Shown here: positions 32,230 to 43,561 of the stretch, one piece after another
How positions within the stretch are numbered: the stretch's first letter is position 1
Layout: each line of letters begins with the position of its first letter
Source: an uncultured Planctomycetota bacterium
GTDB taxonomy: Bacteria; Planctomycetota; Planctomycetia; Isosphaerales; Isosphaeraceae
Length of the DNA stretch: 64,000 nt
Assembly: GCA_963823665.1 (NCBI GenBank)
Contig: CAWGMQ010000005.1
Location: 1,440,001-1,504,000, forward strand
Direction of reading: 5' to 3'
The notes under the pieces: model-generated
The model's database searches: none
Told to the model about the DNA's origin: nothing
Seen by the model: only the letters and a program-made list of their open reading frames with translations
Program-made: the position numbers and the translations under genes

Positions 32230-32811
32230 TCAGTAGGGCACGCCGTTTTGTCGGGCGGCCTTGAGCGCGTGCGCGTACCATTCCAGTTCGTCGAGGAACC
32301 GTCCTGCCCGCCGGTGATACGACTCGTCCCTCGAGCGGCCTTCCTCATCAAAGGCATCCTGGACGGCCGGAATCGGAAGCAGCGACGGGATGCTCGGCAT
32401 GCCCAGCTCGCAGAGCATCGCCCGCAACTGCATGGCGGCTCTCACCCCGCCGAAGGCGCCGGCGGAATAGCAGACGATCGCCGAGGGCCGCCAGAAATAC
32501 TCCTCCAGAAAGTGGTCGAGCAGGTTTGACAGCGCCGGGGGGATGCTGTGGTTGTATTCGCCCGAGACGATGATGAATGCGTCGGCCGCCTTGATCTGAC
32601 CCGCGAGCCGTGTCAAGACTTCCGGCGCCTGGCCCGGCTCGAATTCCTTGTACATCTTGTCGAGGAGCGGGAGCTGAGCTTCCGTCGGGTCCACCAAGGT
32701 CGCCCTGTGCCCTCTAGCTTGGCATTCACCCAGGATAAACCGGGCCGCCTTGATCCCCTGGCGGTGGTGTCGTACCGACCCATAAATGATGAGCACGTCG
32801 AGAGGCGGCAT
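32230..32811 (-). CDS. NAD(P)H-dependent FMN reductase
   Basis: IIYGSVR, ADAFIIVSGEYNHSIPPALSNLLD, GAFGGVRAAMQLR. Confidence 0.92.
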   Translation of the reverse strand: MPPLDVLIIYGSVRHHRQGIKAARFILGECQARGHRATLVDPTEAQLPLLDKMYKEFEPGQAPEVLTRLAGQIKAADAFIIVSGEYNHSIPPALSNLLDHFLEEYFWRPSAIVCYSAGAFGGVRAAMQLRAMLCELGMPSIPSLLPIPAVQDAFDEEGRSRDESYHRRAGRFLDELEWYAHALKAARQNGVPY

Positions 32812-32887
32812 TCCGTCACTGTAGCCGATACGCCATCGTTCTGGGAACGCCGCGCTTCGGTGGGTGTCCGAGGTTCCACGCGCCTTG

Positions 32888-33301
32888 TCACAGGGACGAA
32901 AGGGGTACGGTCAACGTTGGGAAGGTGTTCACGAGCCGTTGATCGCCCGTGACGACCTTGCATTGCGCGCGTTCAGCGACAGCGATACAGAGACAATCGT
33001 AAAGCCCGATTCGAAATGTTGAAGAGAGAACAATTGCACGGGGAACAAGTATTCCAGACGGCTCAAGATCCGGCGGTGTGGACATGACGTCGGCCCAGAA
33101 GAGGCTCGCCTGTCCGACAAGAATCCGCTTCTGACGCTCGGCCCGCGTCAGTGCGTGACCGATCTCAAACTGGAAAATATCCGGAGCACAAAGGTCGTGA
33201 ACAGCCTTGTTGAATTCGTCCCGCAGTTGCAGGGCTTTTGAGGAATCTCGCTCAGCCGGTACCCATTTCAACGCGGTCGAAGAATCAAGCACGTACCTCA
33301 T
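32888..33301 (-). CDS. vapC: PIN-domain VapC toxin
   Basis: YVLDSSTALKW, APDIF..E, LYDCL, VVTGD. Confidence 0.88.
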   Translation of the reverse strand: MRYVLDSSTALKWVPAERDSSKALQLRDEFNKAVHDLCAPDIFQFEIGHALTRAERQKRILVGQASLFWADVMSTPPDLEPSGILVPRAIVLSSTFRIGLYDCLCIAVAERAQCKVVTGDQRLVNTFPTLTVPLSSL

Positions 33302-33498
33302 TCTTCGCGGATTTCACGGATTAGATCGACGGCGATCTCCCGGACTCCGAATTTCTTGAGTAGTTCAGCCTGTGCCAATCGCGACCGCTCCAGGATACGG
33401 CGGGCGACTTCTGGGTCAACGGGCTTGCCCGCAGCAACCGCATCTGCCACGGCTTGCGCGTCATTCATCACGTCGGTGGGAATGGTTTCAGTCGTCAT
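33298..33498 (-). CDS. Small antitoxin candidate upstream of vapC
   Basis: 66 aa, GKPVDPEVARRILERS...IAVDLIREIREE; 4-bp overlap with the toxin gene. Confidence 0.75.
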   Translation of the reverse strand: MTTETIPTDVMNDAQAVADAVAAGKPVDPEVARRILERSRLAQAELLKKFGVREIAVDLIREIREE

Positions 33499-33892
33499 GA
33501 TGCAATTGTCGAAGGAATTGCGGGAAAAATCAACGGCGGCTTGACCGATTCGGGCCGGCCTTATTTCGTGATGGAATGTGTCTACGAACGTCGCGCTAGG
33601 TATTGGTTTCCGGCGATGGTACACTGACTCAAGCCAAAGACGGTGGCTCAGCCGACAGGTCGCACCGCCACTGTCGGACATGCATTGCTCCGTCGGATTT
33701 CAACACGACGCCAGGTGTTTGCGCCCTGCTTCGGTTGAACAACCTCGCGAAGTGTTCGGCCCGACGCAGACGGAATTCTTGTTGGCCGTTTCACCGCGGC
33801 GCTGTCCGTAGCCCGCGAGAGCGAAAACAGCAGTCAACAAGGCCAAGCACACCCCAGCCCGCCCAACGCTCCGTTTCTCATCGGAACGAATC

Positions 33893-35536
33893 ATGACACG
33901 AATAGGCAACACCATCATTATCCTTTCGGCCATAATCCCATCGACATGCCCGGGCCAAGAATCGAACGAGGCTACTGCCCGGCTGACCGGCAAGGTCACC
34001 GCGCATTCGCAGGGGCTGCATGGATACATCGGGTTCACGGCGTCTCGTCCACCGGCGCGGTCTGAGTATAGTGCGGGGATGGGATTTTATTCCGCGGTCT
34101 GGCCGCTCGTCGATCAGCCGATCGCGAATTTTCAGATAGGGCTGGCAAGTGCCTGGATCACACCCGACAACTCGGACAACAAGGACAAACCGCTCGCGCC
34201 GGAAGGGACGATTGCGCGGAAGTGGCCGGAGCGGGGGCCGACGTGGGATAGCGTTTTCCAGACAGTGGAGGGTGGCCTGGGCTACTGGGCCGGTAACCAT
34301 TTTCGCTATGGACCGCCCAAATTCAGCATGAATGCGACACCGCAGTGCTACGACTATGAGATCGGATCGCCGGGATGGTCGTTCTTCTACAGCAATCAAG
34401 CTCTGCCCGATCATCGCCTGGGTATCGCCCAGTTGAGCAACCGGCTTTTGATTCCACCGGACGCCCTGCCGTTTCAAGGGAATCCCAACGGCGAGTTCCT
34501 GGGCTACACCTGGATGGCGCTGCCATTCACGGATCCCACTACCATCGATCCGCCCACGGGCGACCAGAGCTGGACCTGTTTTCTGAGCACGGCCAACTTC
34601 AAAGGTCCGATCGCGTATTACATTCCCGAAACGTGGAGCAAGATCGGCAAGCTCTTCAACTATCCGTTCATCTATGGACGTGGTCTCGATGCCAGGGCAG
34701 GAATCATGGGCGGCGGCGCGATGGAGATCAACACGGTGCCGCGATTCGATAGCCCTGACGCGCAAGGCAACGTCTATTCGAAGATCCCCAAGCTTCAATT
34801 TCCGGTCGACGAACAGGGTCGTACTTACCTGGTCCAGGACGTAACTTTCTACTCCAAGGCCGCGCTCGCCGACCAGTTCAAGGCGTGGCGGAAGGGCGAT
34901 CCGCCCTCGTCAGGCCGATTCGACGCCCGGGGCGCCTGGAAGTCGTCACTGACGACGCACACCACGCGATACGACCAGGACGGCAGGCGGATGGCCGACG
35001 TTGAAAAAGTCTTCGATACGAAGGTGTTCGAAGGCAACGTCTGGGGGCTGCAGTGGTTCAAGAGCGACATCAGTCCGAAGGGATCGTTCCCGCAGTACTA
35101 CAAGCAGGGGGGCCAAGAACGCGTCGCCGTGGCGGCGGCGAGGGTGCCCGTGGAGACGAGGTTGCACGGGCAGGAATTCCCGCACGCCCAGATCGGTGCG
35201 GCTTATACATCACCGACGACCGGCGCCTGGAGCCGGCCTGGCCCCAAGGCAGGCCCGTTCAAGGCCACGCTGATCGACGGTTCGGTCGTGACCTATTCGT
35301 GGTATCGCTTCATCGACCAACCCTCGTTCCAGCAATATCACTGGGACAACCCGAAGAAGGCTGCGCTACAAGCCTTCGTGGCAAAGATCCACGCGAGCTG
35401 GCCAATCGACCGAGATTACATGCCGCCTCCCACTCGCGGGACTCTCGTGACGCTCGATCCCGCGCTGCTTGTGAGGCCCCCGAAGGGTCTTGAGACCGGC
35501 TACGTACCGATCGTGACACATCAAGAACGACGTTGA
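33893..35536 (+). CDS. Secreted hypothetical protein (Trp/Tyr/Gly-rich)
   Basis: 547-aa ORF with signal-like N-terminus; no recognised family. Confidence 0.8.
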   Translation: MTRIGNTIIILSAIIPSTCPGQESNEATARLTGKVTAHSQGLHGYIGFTASRPPARSEYSAGMGFYSAVWPLVDQPIANFQIGLASAWITPDNSDNKDKPLAPEGTIARKWPERGPTWDSVFQTVEGGLGYWAGNHFRYGPPKFSMNATPQCYDYEIGSPGWSFFYSNQALPDHRLGIAQLSNRLLIPPDALPFQGNPNGEFLGYTWMALPFTDPTTIDPPTGDQSWTCFLSTANFKGPIAYYIPETWSKIGKLFNYPFIYGRGLDARAGIMGGGAMEINTVPRFDSPDAQGNVYSKIPKLQFPVDEQGRTYLVQDVTFYSKAALADQFKAWRKGDPPSSGRFDARGAWKSSLTTHTTRYDQDGRRMADVEKVFDTKVFEGNVWGLQWFKSDISPKGSFPQYYKQGGQERVAVAAARVPVETRLHGQEFPHAQIGAAYTSPTTGAWSRPGPKAGPFKATLIDGSVVTYSWYRFIDQPSFQQYHWDNPKKAALQAFVAKIHASWPIDRDYMPPPTRGTLVTLDPALLVRPPKGLETGYVPIVTHQERR

Positions 35537-35539
35537 TCC

Positions 35540-36178
35540 GTGGCGGCTCACGCGATGGCAGCACTTCTGATCTGGGGGACCGCGGGGGTTCTCTACGCAG
35601 TGTTCTCCCTGTGGTACAACTCGTTGCGCGGCTCGCTTACGTCGGCGGAGATCGACGGCTACATGGAACGCCTGCGAACCCAATCGGGGGCGACGGCGGA
35701 ACGACTGGCACCGGTGCGGGAGTTCCTTGCCGCCGATGACGGCCGCGAATTCTTCATGGTGAATTTAATCCGGATGCATGACGGCCCTGTGAAAGAACCC
35801 GGGACTGGCCAGGAGAAGTCGGCACGGGAGGTTCTCTCGGGCTACTCTCGCTACTTTCTGGTCGCCCTCTTCCGCCGCGCCGGACATCCCCTTTTCGGCG
35901 GCCGTGGCGCCGGGCACTACGTCGAGCACTGGGGAACCGTGCCTGATCCCGGCTGGACTCTTGCCATTGTTGTGCGATACCGGAGCCGCCGCGATATGAT
36001 CGAGCTGGCCACCGATCCGCGCTTCGCCCCAGCACACGCCTACAAGGTCGCCGCGATGGCGAACACGCTCGCGTTCCCCGTGTCACCGGGGTATGCGCTT
36101 TTCGGAACCCGTGTCGGCGTCGCTCTCGTCGTCGCACTGGTTGCGGCGCTCGTTCAGATTGCCATTCAAGCGACTTGA
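35540..36178 (+). CDS. Membrane-anchored hypothetical protein (DUF1330-like core)
   Basis: Terminal hydrophobic segments; FFMVNLI and VRYRSRRDMIEL. Confidence 0.7.
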   Translation: MAAHAMAALLIWGTAGVLYAVFSLWYNSLRGSLTSAEIDGYMERLRTQSGATAERLAPVREFLAADDGREFFMVNLIRMHDGPVKEPGTGQEKSAREVLSGYSRYFLVALFRRAGHPLFGGRGAGHYVEHWGTVPDPGWTLAIVVRYRSRRDMIELATDPRFAPAHAYKVAAMANTLAFPVSPGYALFGTRVGVALVVALVAALVQIAIQAT

Positions 36179-36434
36179 GGTAACGAAGGCAGACACTCCA
36201 ATCGAGAAGATCCTTCATCTCCTCAGCGCAAAGCAGTACGATATCTTTTTCGAGACGGGGTCGAACACCGGGGCGCAGGCCCCTTGAACAAGTGCGGCAG
36301 TGCGCCCAATATCACAAAAGCTGGGGTTTCGTCGCGGCAACGGTGGGCGTTTTCAATTGTTGACTGGCACGGAACCACGGCTCGCCATTCCCACCTAGCG
36401 CGTTGTTGAAAGATCAAGTTCACGGGAGGTCGAC

Positions 36435-37970
36435 ATGAGGCAGAACACGGTCAGCAGACGGGGGTTCAATGCCGGGACGGCCGCGGTTGCCTTCGGCGCC
36501 ATGGTGATGCCGCGTCATGTCCTGGGTGGGGCGGGCTACTTACCGCCGAGCGAGACGGTCAACTTCGCCCTTGTCGGCTGCGGCGGTCAGGGCGCGTCCG
36601 ACGCGACCGAGATTGTGTCCGGCGGTCAGAATCTGGTCGCGCTGGCCGATGTGGACTTTGGGTTCGTGGACTCGACCATGGCCGGGCGAGGCAAGGGCCG
36701 CAACGGCCAGCCGAACGCGGAGGGCGTCAAGCTTCAGCAGGCTTACGGCAAGGCGAAGCGGTTTGCAGACTATCGCAAGATGCTCGAAGAGTGCAAGGAC
36801 ATCGACGGTGTCGTCGTCGCGACGCCCGATCACACGCACGGTGTCATTGCCAAGGCGGCCATGGAGCTGGGCAAGCACGTTTACGTCGAAAAGCCATTGA
36901 CCTGGTCGGTGCACGAGGCCCGCGTGTTGCGCGAGACCGCGCAGCGCACCAAGGTCGTGACCCAGATGGGCAACCAAGGACATTCGAGCGAAGGCGCCGC
37001 GCTGATCAACGAATGGATTCGGGCGGGCGTGATCGGCCCCGTGAGAGAGGTCCATGTCTGGACCAATCGGCCGATCTGGCCGCAGGGCATTCCGCGCCCG
37101 GGAAAGCCCGCCGCCGACCAGGGCGGGGCGCGAGGAGGTGGCGGCTCTGGACAAAGATGGAATTCGCGACGGCTGAACTCGACGATCGCGTCGGCCATCG
37201 ACGGCGGCGAGACGCCACCGCCCGGCCTTGAATGGGATCTGTTTCTCGGGCCCGCACCGGAAGTGGCGTTCCATCCGATCTATCATCCCTTTAACTGGCG
37301 CGGCTGGGTGGACTGGGGGACCGGCGCGCTCGGCGATATGGGCGCGCACCTGATCGACCACCCCTACTGGGCTCTGGGCCTCAAGTATCCGTCGAGCATC
37401 GAGGCGACCTCGACGCCCTGGGGGACCGACAGCAAGAATAAGCCGGCGAGTTACCCGCTGGCAACGCAGGCTGTGTACCACTTCCCGGCGCGTGGCTCGG
37501 ACCCACCAGTGACGATGACCTGGTGCGACGGCGGGCTCATGCCGGGGCGTCCTGACGCGCTGCCGGATAGCGTGACGCTTGACCGCGGCGGCGGCGTCAT
37601 TTTGATCGGCGACAAAGGCATTCTGCTGCACGGGACTTACGGCGCGAACCCGAAGCTGTACCCCGCGGCGCTCATGGAAGACGCGCAGCGCGTGCCCAAG
37701 ACTCATCCGCCAATCCAGACCGCAGACGGTCCCAAGAGGTCGGCACCCCACCGGATGAACTGGATTGATGCGATCCGGGAGCGCTCGAAGACGACGTGTC
37801 CGTTCGAGTATGCCGGGCCGCTCACCGAGACCATGCTGCTGGGAGTCGCCGCACTCCGCACGGGCCAAGGCGTGCGGATCAATTACGACGGGGAGAATGG
37901 TAAGATCACCAACAACTCCGGTGCCAACCAGTATCTCCATCGCGAACCGCGCAAGGGGTGGGTAATCTAG
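36435..37970 (+). CDS. Tat-exported Gfo/Idh/MocA oxidoreductase
   Basis: SRRGF twin-arginine signal, [40 protein letters not shown]. Confidence 0.93.
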   Translation: MRQNTVSRRGFNAGTAAVAFGAMVMPRHVLGGAGYLPPSETVNFALVGCGGQGASDATEIVSGGQNLVALADVDFGFVDSTMAGRGKGRNGQPNAEGVKLQQAYGKAKRFADYRKMLEECKDIDGVVVATPDHTHGVIAKAAMELGKHVYVEKPLTWSVHEARVLRETAQRTKVVTQMGNQGHSSEGAALINEWIRAGVIGPVREVHVWTNRPIWPQGIPRPGKPAADQGGARGGGGSGQRWNSRRLNSTIASAIDGGETPPPGLEWDLFLGPAPEVAFHPIYHPFNWRGWVDWGTGALGDMGAHLIDHPYWALGLKYPSSIEATSTPWGTDSKNKPASYPLATQAVYHFPARGSDPPVTMTWCDGGLMPGRPDALPDSVTLDRGGGVILIGDKGILLHGTYGANPKLYPAALMEDAQRVPKTHPPIQTADGPKRSAPHRMNWIDAIRERSKTTCPFEYAGPLTETMLLGVAALRTGQGVRINYDGENGKITNNSGANQYLHREPRKGWVI

Positions 37971-37982
37971 CCCTCGATCGCC

Positions 37983-38546
37983 ATGAGCGACGTGACGCGG
38001 ATTCTGGAGCAAATCGAGGAGGGAGACGGCGTCGCCGCTGAGCGGTTGCTGCCAGTAGTCTATGACGAACTGAAGAGACTGGCGGCCGCGCAGATGCACT
38101 CGGAAAGTCCAGGAAATACGCTTCAGGCCACCGCGCTTGTTCACGAAGCGTACGTGCGGCTCGTCGACGTCAAGCACGCGCAAAACTGGCGAAGTCGCGG
38201 CCATTTCTACGCCGCGGCCGCCGAGGCGATGAGGCGTATCTTGATCGAACGCGCGCGAGGCAAACGGCGCGAGAAACGCGGGGGCGACTGGAAACGCGTC
38301 GACTTCGAGAACTTCGACCCCGTTTGCTCGACCACCCCCGAGCAACTCGTGGCGCTCGACGACGCGCTCACACGGTTGACCGAGCTCGACAAGATTGCGG
38401 GGCAACTCGTTTCTTTGCGCTACTTCGCCGGCCTCTCTGTCGCGGACGCAGCGGAATCCGTCGGCATTTCTGCCGCAACTGCTTATCGGCACTGGGCTTA
38501 CGCACGCGCATGGCTGAGTTGCGAATTGACGGGGCAAACGGAATAG
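37983..38546 (+). CDS. ECF sigma factor, TIGR02999-like
   Basis: MSDVTRILEQI, LLPVVYDELKRLA, TLQATALVHEAYVRL, AYRHWAYARAWL. Confidence 0.93.
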   Translation: MSDVTRILEQIEEGDGVAAERLLPVVYDELKRLAAAQMHSESPGNTLQATALVHEAYVRLVDVKHAQNWRSRGHFYAAAAEAMRRILIERARGKRREKRGGDWKRVDFENFDPVCSTTPEQLVALDDALTRLTELDKIAGQLVSLRYFAGLSVADAAESVGISAATAYRHWAYARAWLSCELTGQTE

Positions 38547-38565
38547 AACTCTTTTTTGCAGGATC

Positions 38566-38594
38566 GTGAGAAAAAAACCCGCGCCGCGTCGCAC
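38566..38594 (+). promoter_or_regulatory. Candidate ECF promoter GTGAGAAAAA-N12-GTCGCAC
   Basis: Between the sigma and kinase genes; identical bipartite motif and spacing at 48149-48177. Confidence 0.55.
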
Positions 38595-38627
38595 TTCGTA
38601 TGGGATGAAATTCGCGCGAGGCTTTCC

Positions 38628-41600
38628 ATGACCCAGCTCGAAGAGCACGCCCGCTCGGTCTTCCTGAGCGCGCTGGAACACACTGACGAAGACCTCGAGG
38701 AATACGTCAAGTCGGCGTGTGCTTTGGATGAGGAATTGCGGCAGCGAGTCGATCGGTTGCTGCGAGCGCATCGCGCGATGGAGAATCCCGAAAAGCCGGC
38801 GGTTGATCGGGGCTCAACTCCTCCGGTCCGGCGAAGTCTTTTGCTCGAAGGGCCGGGGACGATTATCGGCCAGTATCGACTGCTCGAGCAGATCGGCGAG
38901 GGCGGATTCGGCATCGTCTACATGGCCGAGCAACTCCAGCCGGTGCGGCGCAAGGTCGCGTTCAAGATCATCAAGCCCGGCATGGACACGCGGTTGGTTG
39001 TCGCTCGCTTCGAGGCGGAGCGGCAGGCGCTGGCGCTCATGGACCATCCGAACATCGCCCGGGTGTTCGACGGCGGCGCGACGGATACCGGCCGGCCTTA
39101 TTTCGTGATGGAGCTTGTGCATGGGATTCCGATCACCGAATTTTGCGACGACAATCGGCTGCCGATTCGCGACCGGATCGAGCTGTTCGTCGCCGTTTGC
39201 AAGGCGGTTCAGCACGCGCACCAGAAGGGAATCATTCACCGCGATTTGAAGCCGACCAACGTGCTGGTGACGCTGCATGACGACAAACCCGTGGTCAAAG
39301 TGATCGACTTTGGCATCGCCAAGGCGATCGGCCAGCAGCTCACCGAGAAAACGCTGTTCACGAACTTCGCGCAGATGATCGGGACGCCGCTCTACATGAG
39401 CCCGGAGCAAGCCCAGTTGAGCGGCCTTGACGTCGACACTCGCTCCGACATTTACGCGATGGGCGTTCTGCTCTACGAATTGCTCACGGGCACCACTCCA
39501 TTTGACCAGGAGCGGCTGCGGACGCTCGCGTTCGACGAAATTCGGCGGATGATTCACGAGGAGGAGCCGCCGCGGCCGAGCAGCCGGCTCACTTCGCGCG
39601 ATGAGGCGACGACCACGGCCTCCTTCAAGCGGGCGAGCGATCCTCGGCGGCTCTGCCAGCTCATCCGCGGCGAGCTCGACTGGATCGTGATGAAGTGCCT
39701 GGAGAAGGACCGGAACAGACGGTACGAGACCGCGAACGGTCTGGCGATGGACCTGACGCGATACCTCAAGAACGAGCCGGTTCACGCCTGCCCGCCCGCG
39801 CTCGGATATCGCACCAGGACGTTCGTCCGGCGACATCGCGCGTCGATCGGCACGGCGGCTTCTCTGCTGGCGATCGCCTTGATTGGCGCGATACTCACCG
39901 TGTGGCAGGCGATTCAGGCCGCGGCGGCACGCGACGCGGCGAATCGAGCAAAGCTGGCGCTCTCCGAGTCGAAACAAGCCGATGCAGAGGGACGCGCCAA
40001 TGAGATCGCGCGACAACTCGAGACCCTCAACAAAGCGAACAGCTTGATCGAGAGCGCACGCAGCCACGTCGACTTTGCTGAATGGCGAAAGGCGGAAGCG
40101 GAACTGAATCAAGCGCTGGGCTTGCGCAAAGATCATTCCTCGGTGTGGGCCACGCGGGGCGACTTGTATGCAAGGCTCAGCCTGTGGGACCTGGCCGCGG
40201 CCGATTTCCAGCGGGCTTACACCCTGCATGAGCCCGGCTCTGTCACGTCCCTTTATCTCCACGCACTTTTACGTCTTCAAATGCGAGATGAGGCGGGCTA
40301 TCGCAGGATTTGCGAGGTGATGGCGGGTCGATTCGGTAAGGCGGACGACCCTCGAGCCTGGGAGCGGGAGGAAGTCGCACGCGTTTGCCTGCACGGGCAA
40401 CCGCCGGTGATCTCGACCGACCGGCTGATCGCGCTGTGCGAACGCGCGACCACCGCAAGCAAGACGTCGGTGCGGCTGGCGAGTCTTGGAACGGCGCTCT
40501 ATCGCGCGGGCCAGTATGACCTCGCGCTCGTGTCGCTCTCCGAGGCTCGCGACTCGACTCCGCAAGTCGCGAGCGTCTGGACGAATTCGCTGCTGGCGAT
40601 GACGTACTTCCGGCTCGGCCAGCCTGAGCCTGCTCGCACGGCGCTTGATGCCGCCGCGAAGGGGCTCGGGGGCCGTTTGAGCTCCCGTGCGAGAAACATG
40701 GCGAGTGCACTACCGACGGCGTGGTGGCTCGAAGTTCAAGAGAATTTGTTTTTTCGCGAGGCGACTCTGCTGATCGATGGGAATGAGCCGCGCGACGACC
40801 CGCGGCAGTGGTACGTCCGCGGCCAGGCGCTCGAGATGCTTGGACATTCCAAGGAAGCGATCGCGGCGTACAGCCGAACCGTTCAAATCGACCCGAAACA
40901 CTCCGCCGCATTCGCCCGCCGGTCGGAGCTCTATTTTGGCCTCGGCGACTGGGCAAACCTGTTCAAGGACCTTGAGCAACGGCGTGTGCTCGAACCGAAG
41001 AACGCACAAGTTGCCAACGACCTTTCGTGGTGTCTGGCGACGTGCCCGATAGGGCGGTATCGCAACCAGAAGCGAGCGATTGAGCTCGCCCAACTCGCTG
41101 TGAAGCTGGTGCCGTCGAACGCGAACTACCAGAACACGCTCGGCGTGGTCGGCTATCGCGCCGGCGACTGGAAAGGGGCGGCGAAGGCGGCGCTCAAGTC
41201 GATGGAATTGTCAGGTGGAGGAACGTTCTGGGACTGGTACACGCTGGCATTGTGCGAGTGGCGCCTCGACCAGCGCGAGCGGGCGCGACAACTCTTGATT
41301 CAGGCCTATCGGCGCACGCCGCCGGAGGCGACTCAAGATCCATTCTATCCGGAGCTACGTGACGAGGCAGCAGCCCTGATCGGCGAACGCGCGAGCACTG
41401 GCGGCAACTCGTCGGACGACCCTTCGGCTTACACACTCTTGCTCGAGATCGAACCCGAGGCTGCCTGGATCTATGCACTGAGAGCGAGGGGGGGTGTTCG
41501 ACTCAAGCAATGGGATCAAGCCGCGGCCGACCTCGCGCGTGTGACGCAAGTCAGGCCGAAAGACTTTCATTCGTGGTACGCTCAAGCCGCCGCCCGGCTC

Positions 41601-42083
41601 GGTGCGGCGGATCTCGAGGGCTATCACAAAGCTCGGCGGGGAATCATCGCCAACTTTCGCGAAGACACCAATCACATCGTGGTCGGCCACGTCTGTTATG
41701 TGAGCGCCGCAGTGCCGGCGACGCCGGAAGAAGCGCAAGCCTTGTTGAAAATGGCCGATTTCGCCGCGTCCAGGGCGGAGCAGAACCGAAGACTCCGAGG
41801 CGCAATGAACTTTCGGGCCGGTCACTATGAAGCGGCGATCGCGGATTTCAACCGCGCGATGACCATATTTCCCAGACGCGCCTGGGATTGGCTCTTCCTG
41901 GCGATGTCGCACCAGAAGCTCGGTCAGACCGACGAAGCCCGCAAAGCGCTCGCGAAAGCCGTAGACTGGATCGAGCAAACCAATCGCCGGCAAGGCGGCG
42001 GATCGACAACGACATGGATCGGTTGGTATGAACCGCTCGAAGTCGAGCAAATCCTCAAAGAAGCCAAGCAGCTTATTCCGTAA
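38628..42083 (+). CDS. Membrane Ser/Thr kinase with C-terminal TPR repeats
   Basis: IGEGGFGIVY, HRDLKPTN, IDFGIAK, YMSPEQ, a TM segment, TPR-like repeats. Confidence 0.93.
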   Translation: MTQLEEHARSVFLSALEHTDEDLEEYVKSACALDEELRQRVDRLLRAHRAMENPEKPAVDRGSTPPVRRSLLLEGPGTIIGQYRLLEQIGEGGFGIVYMAEQLQPVRRKVAFKIIKPGMDTRLVVARFEAERQALALMDHPNIARVFDGGATDTGRPYFVMELVHGIPITEFCDDNRLPIRDRIELFVAVCKAVQHAHQKGIIHRDLKPTNVLVTLHDDKPVVKVIDFGIAKAIGQQLTEKTLFTNFAQMIGTPLYMSPEQAQLSGLDVDTRSDIYAMGVLLYELLTGTTPFDQERLRTLAFDEIRRMIHEEEPPRPSSRLTSRDEATTTASFKRASDPRRLCQLIRGELDWIVMKCLEKDRNRRYETANGLAMDLTRYLKNEPVHACPPALGYRTRTFVRRHRASIGTAASLLAIALIGAILTVWQAIQAAAARDAANRAKLALSESKQADAEGRANEIARQLETLNKANSLIESARSHVDFAEWRKAEAELNQALGLRKDHSSVWATRGDLYARLSLWDLAAADFQRAYTLHEPGSVTSLYLHALLRLQMRDEAGYRRICEVMAGRFGKADDPRAWEREEVARVCLHGQPPVISTDRLIALCERATTASKTSVRLASLGTALYRAGQYDLALVSLSEARDSTPQVASVWTNSLLAMTYFRLGQPEPARTALDAAAKGLGGRLSSRARNMASALPTAWWLEVQENLFFREATLLIDGNEPRDDPRQWYVRGQALEMLGHSKEAIAAYSRTVQIDPKHSAAFARRSELYFGLGDWANLFKDLEQRRVLEPKNAQVANDLSWCLATCPIGRYRNQKRAIELAQLAVKLVPSNANYQNTLGVVGYRAGDWKGAAKAALKSMELSGGGTFWDWYTLALCEWRLDQRERARQLLIQAYRRTPPEATQDPFYPELRDEAAALIGERASTGGNSSDDPSAYTLLLEIEPEAAWIYALRARGGVRLKQWDQAAADLARVTQVRPKDFHSWYAQAAARLGAADLEGYHKARRGIIANFREDTNHIVVGHVCYVSAAVPATPEEAQALLKMADFAASRAEQNRRLRGAMNFRAGHYEAAIADFNRAMTIFPRRAWDWLFLAMSHQKLGQTDEARKALAKAVDWIEQTNRRQGGGSTTTWIGWYEPLEVEQILKEAKQLIP

Positions 42084-42168
42084 GCAGAGGGATGGCGCGT
42101 GCCTGGACCCGATCCTCCTGGTATGCTCGTGAATCACGGTCCGATTCACCCAGCAGCAAGGCCAATCG

Positions 42169-43275
42169 ATGAGTGAAGTATCGGCTTCCGGCGGCAACCG
42201 CCCGAATGAACCCTGGGTGGAAGTGACCGGCTCGGCGCGGCTGGCGTCCTGGCTGGCGGAAGAGAAGGTCAGTCTGGCGTTCACGACGTACGAATCGGGC
42301 AAGCTCTTCCTCCTTGGGCACAAGCCCGAGGGTACGCTCGGGGTCGTCGAGCGAACGTTCAATCGCGCGATGGGCCTCTGGGCCGACGGCCAGACCCTGT
42401 GGCTGAGCACGCGCTATCAGCTCTGGCGTTTCGAGAACCTGCTCCGGCCCGGGGAAAGCTATCAGGGGCACGACCGGCTCTATGTACCCAAAGTCGCAAA
42501 CACGACCGGCGACCTGGACATCCACGACATCGCCGTTGGCCACGACGGCCGCCCGGTGTTCGTTGCCACCAAGTTCGGCTGCCTTGCAACGGTGGCAGAG
42601 CGATCGAGCTTCACACCGCTCTGGCGGCCGGCGTTCGTGAGCAAGCTTGCCGCGGAGGATCGCTGCCACCTTAACGGTTTGGCTCTGGAGGAGGGCCGCC
42701 CGCGTTATGTCACGGCGGTCAGTCAGAGCGACGTGGTCGACGGCTGGCGCGACCGTCGCCAGAACGGCGGGGTCGTGCTGGACGTACCGGAAAGCCGTGT
42801 GCTCGCGTCGGGGTTGTCGATGCCGCATTCACCCCGGCTCTACCGGGGCCGGCTCTGGCTGCACAATTCCGGCCAGGGTTACTTCGGTAGTATCGATCCC
42901 GGCGGCGGTCCTTTCGAACCGCTGGCTTTCTGCCCCGGCTACTTGCGTGGTCTCGCGTTTGCCGGCGATTACGCCGTGGTCGGTCTGTCGCATCCACGCC
43001 ATGAGAAGACGTTCAGCGGCCTGGCGCTGGAAATCGAGTTAGCCAAACGCGACGCGGAGCCTCGTTGCGGGCTGCTGATCATCGACTTGCGCAGCGGAGA
43101 CGTCGCGCACTGGATCCGCGTGGAAGGAATGGTCCGCGAACTTTACGACGTCGCGGTTCTTCCGGGGGTTTCCCGGCCGATGGCACTGGGTCTCAAGTCG
43201 GACGAGATCGAGCGGATCATCGCCATCGGCGAGGATGAGGATGACGAAAGCGAACGCAAGTTGCGGGTAAATTGA
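42169..43275 (+). CDS. TIGR03032 (DUF4915) family protein
   Basis: SLAFTTY, TGDLDIHD, EDRCHLNGLA, GLSMPHSPR, FCPGYLRGL, ELYDV. Confidence 0.88.
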   Translation: MSEVSASGGNRPNEPWVEVTGSARLASWLAEEKVSLAFTTYESGKLFLLGHKPEGTLGVVERTFNRAMGLWADGQTLWLSTRYQLWRFENLLRPGESYQGHDRLYVPKVANTTGDLDIHDIAVGHDGRPVFVATKFGCLATVAERSSFTPLWRPAFVSKLAAEDRCHLNGLALEEGRPRYVTAVSQSDVVDGWRDRRQNGGVVLDVPESRVLASGLSMPHSPRLYRGRLWLHNSGQGYFGSIDPGGGPFEPLAFCPGYLRGLAFAGDYAVVGLSHPRHEKTFSGLALEIELAKRDAEPRCGLLIIDLRSGDVAHWIRVEGMVRELYDVAVLPGVSRPMALGLKSDEIERIIAIGEDEDDESERKLRVN

Positions 43276-43561
43276 GGGTGCTCAAGCCGATTCGGTGAAC
43301 ATCGGCCGGGGCTGATTCGGGGCGCTGCACGGTCCCACCTGCACCTCCGAAGCGACGCCCGCCAGGGCGCGGCCTTCGAATTGACAGACGATCTGTGGAC
43401 GAGAGTCGAACGCGCGCCGGCGTTCGGCACGTTCACAATGATTTACCGGATAACGCGCTGGCCACGATCGATCTGGCCTAGCCCAACGAGCGATTGTGGA
43501 GATAATAACGCCGGTCCCGGATGGAACCGGGATGCCTTTTCGTCGCGAGGGCCGTACTGTG

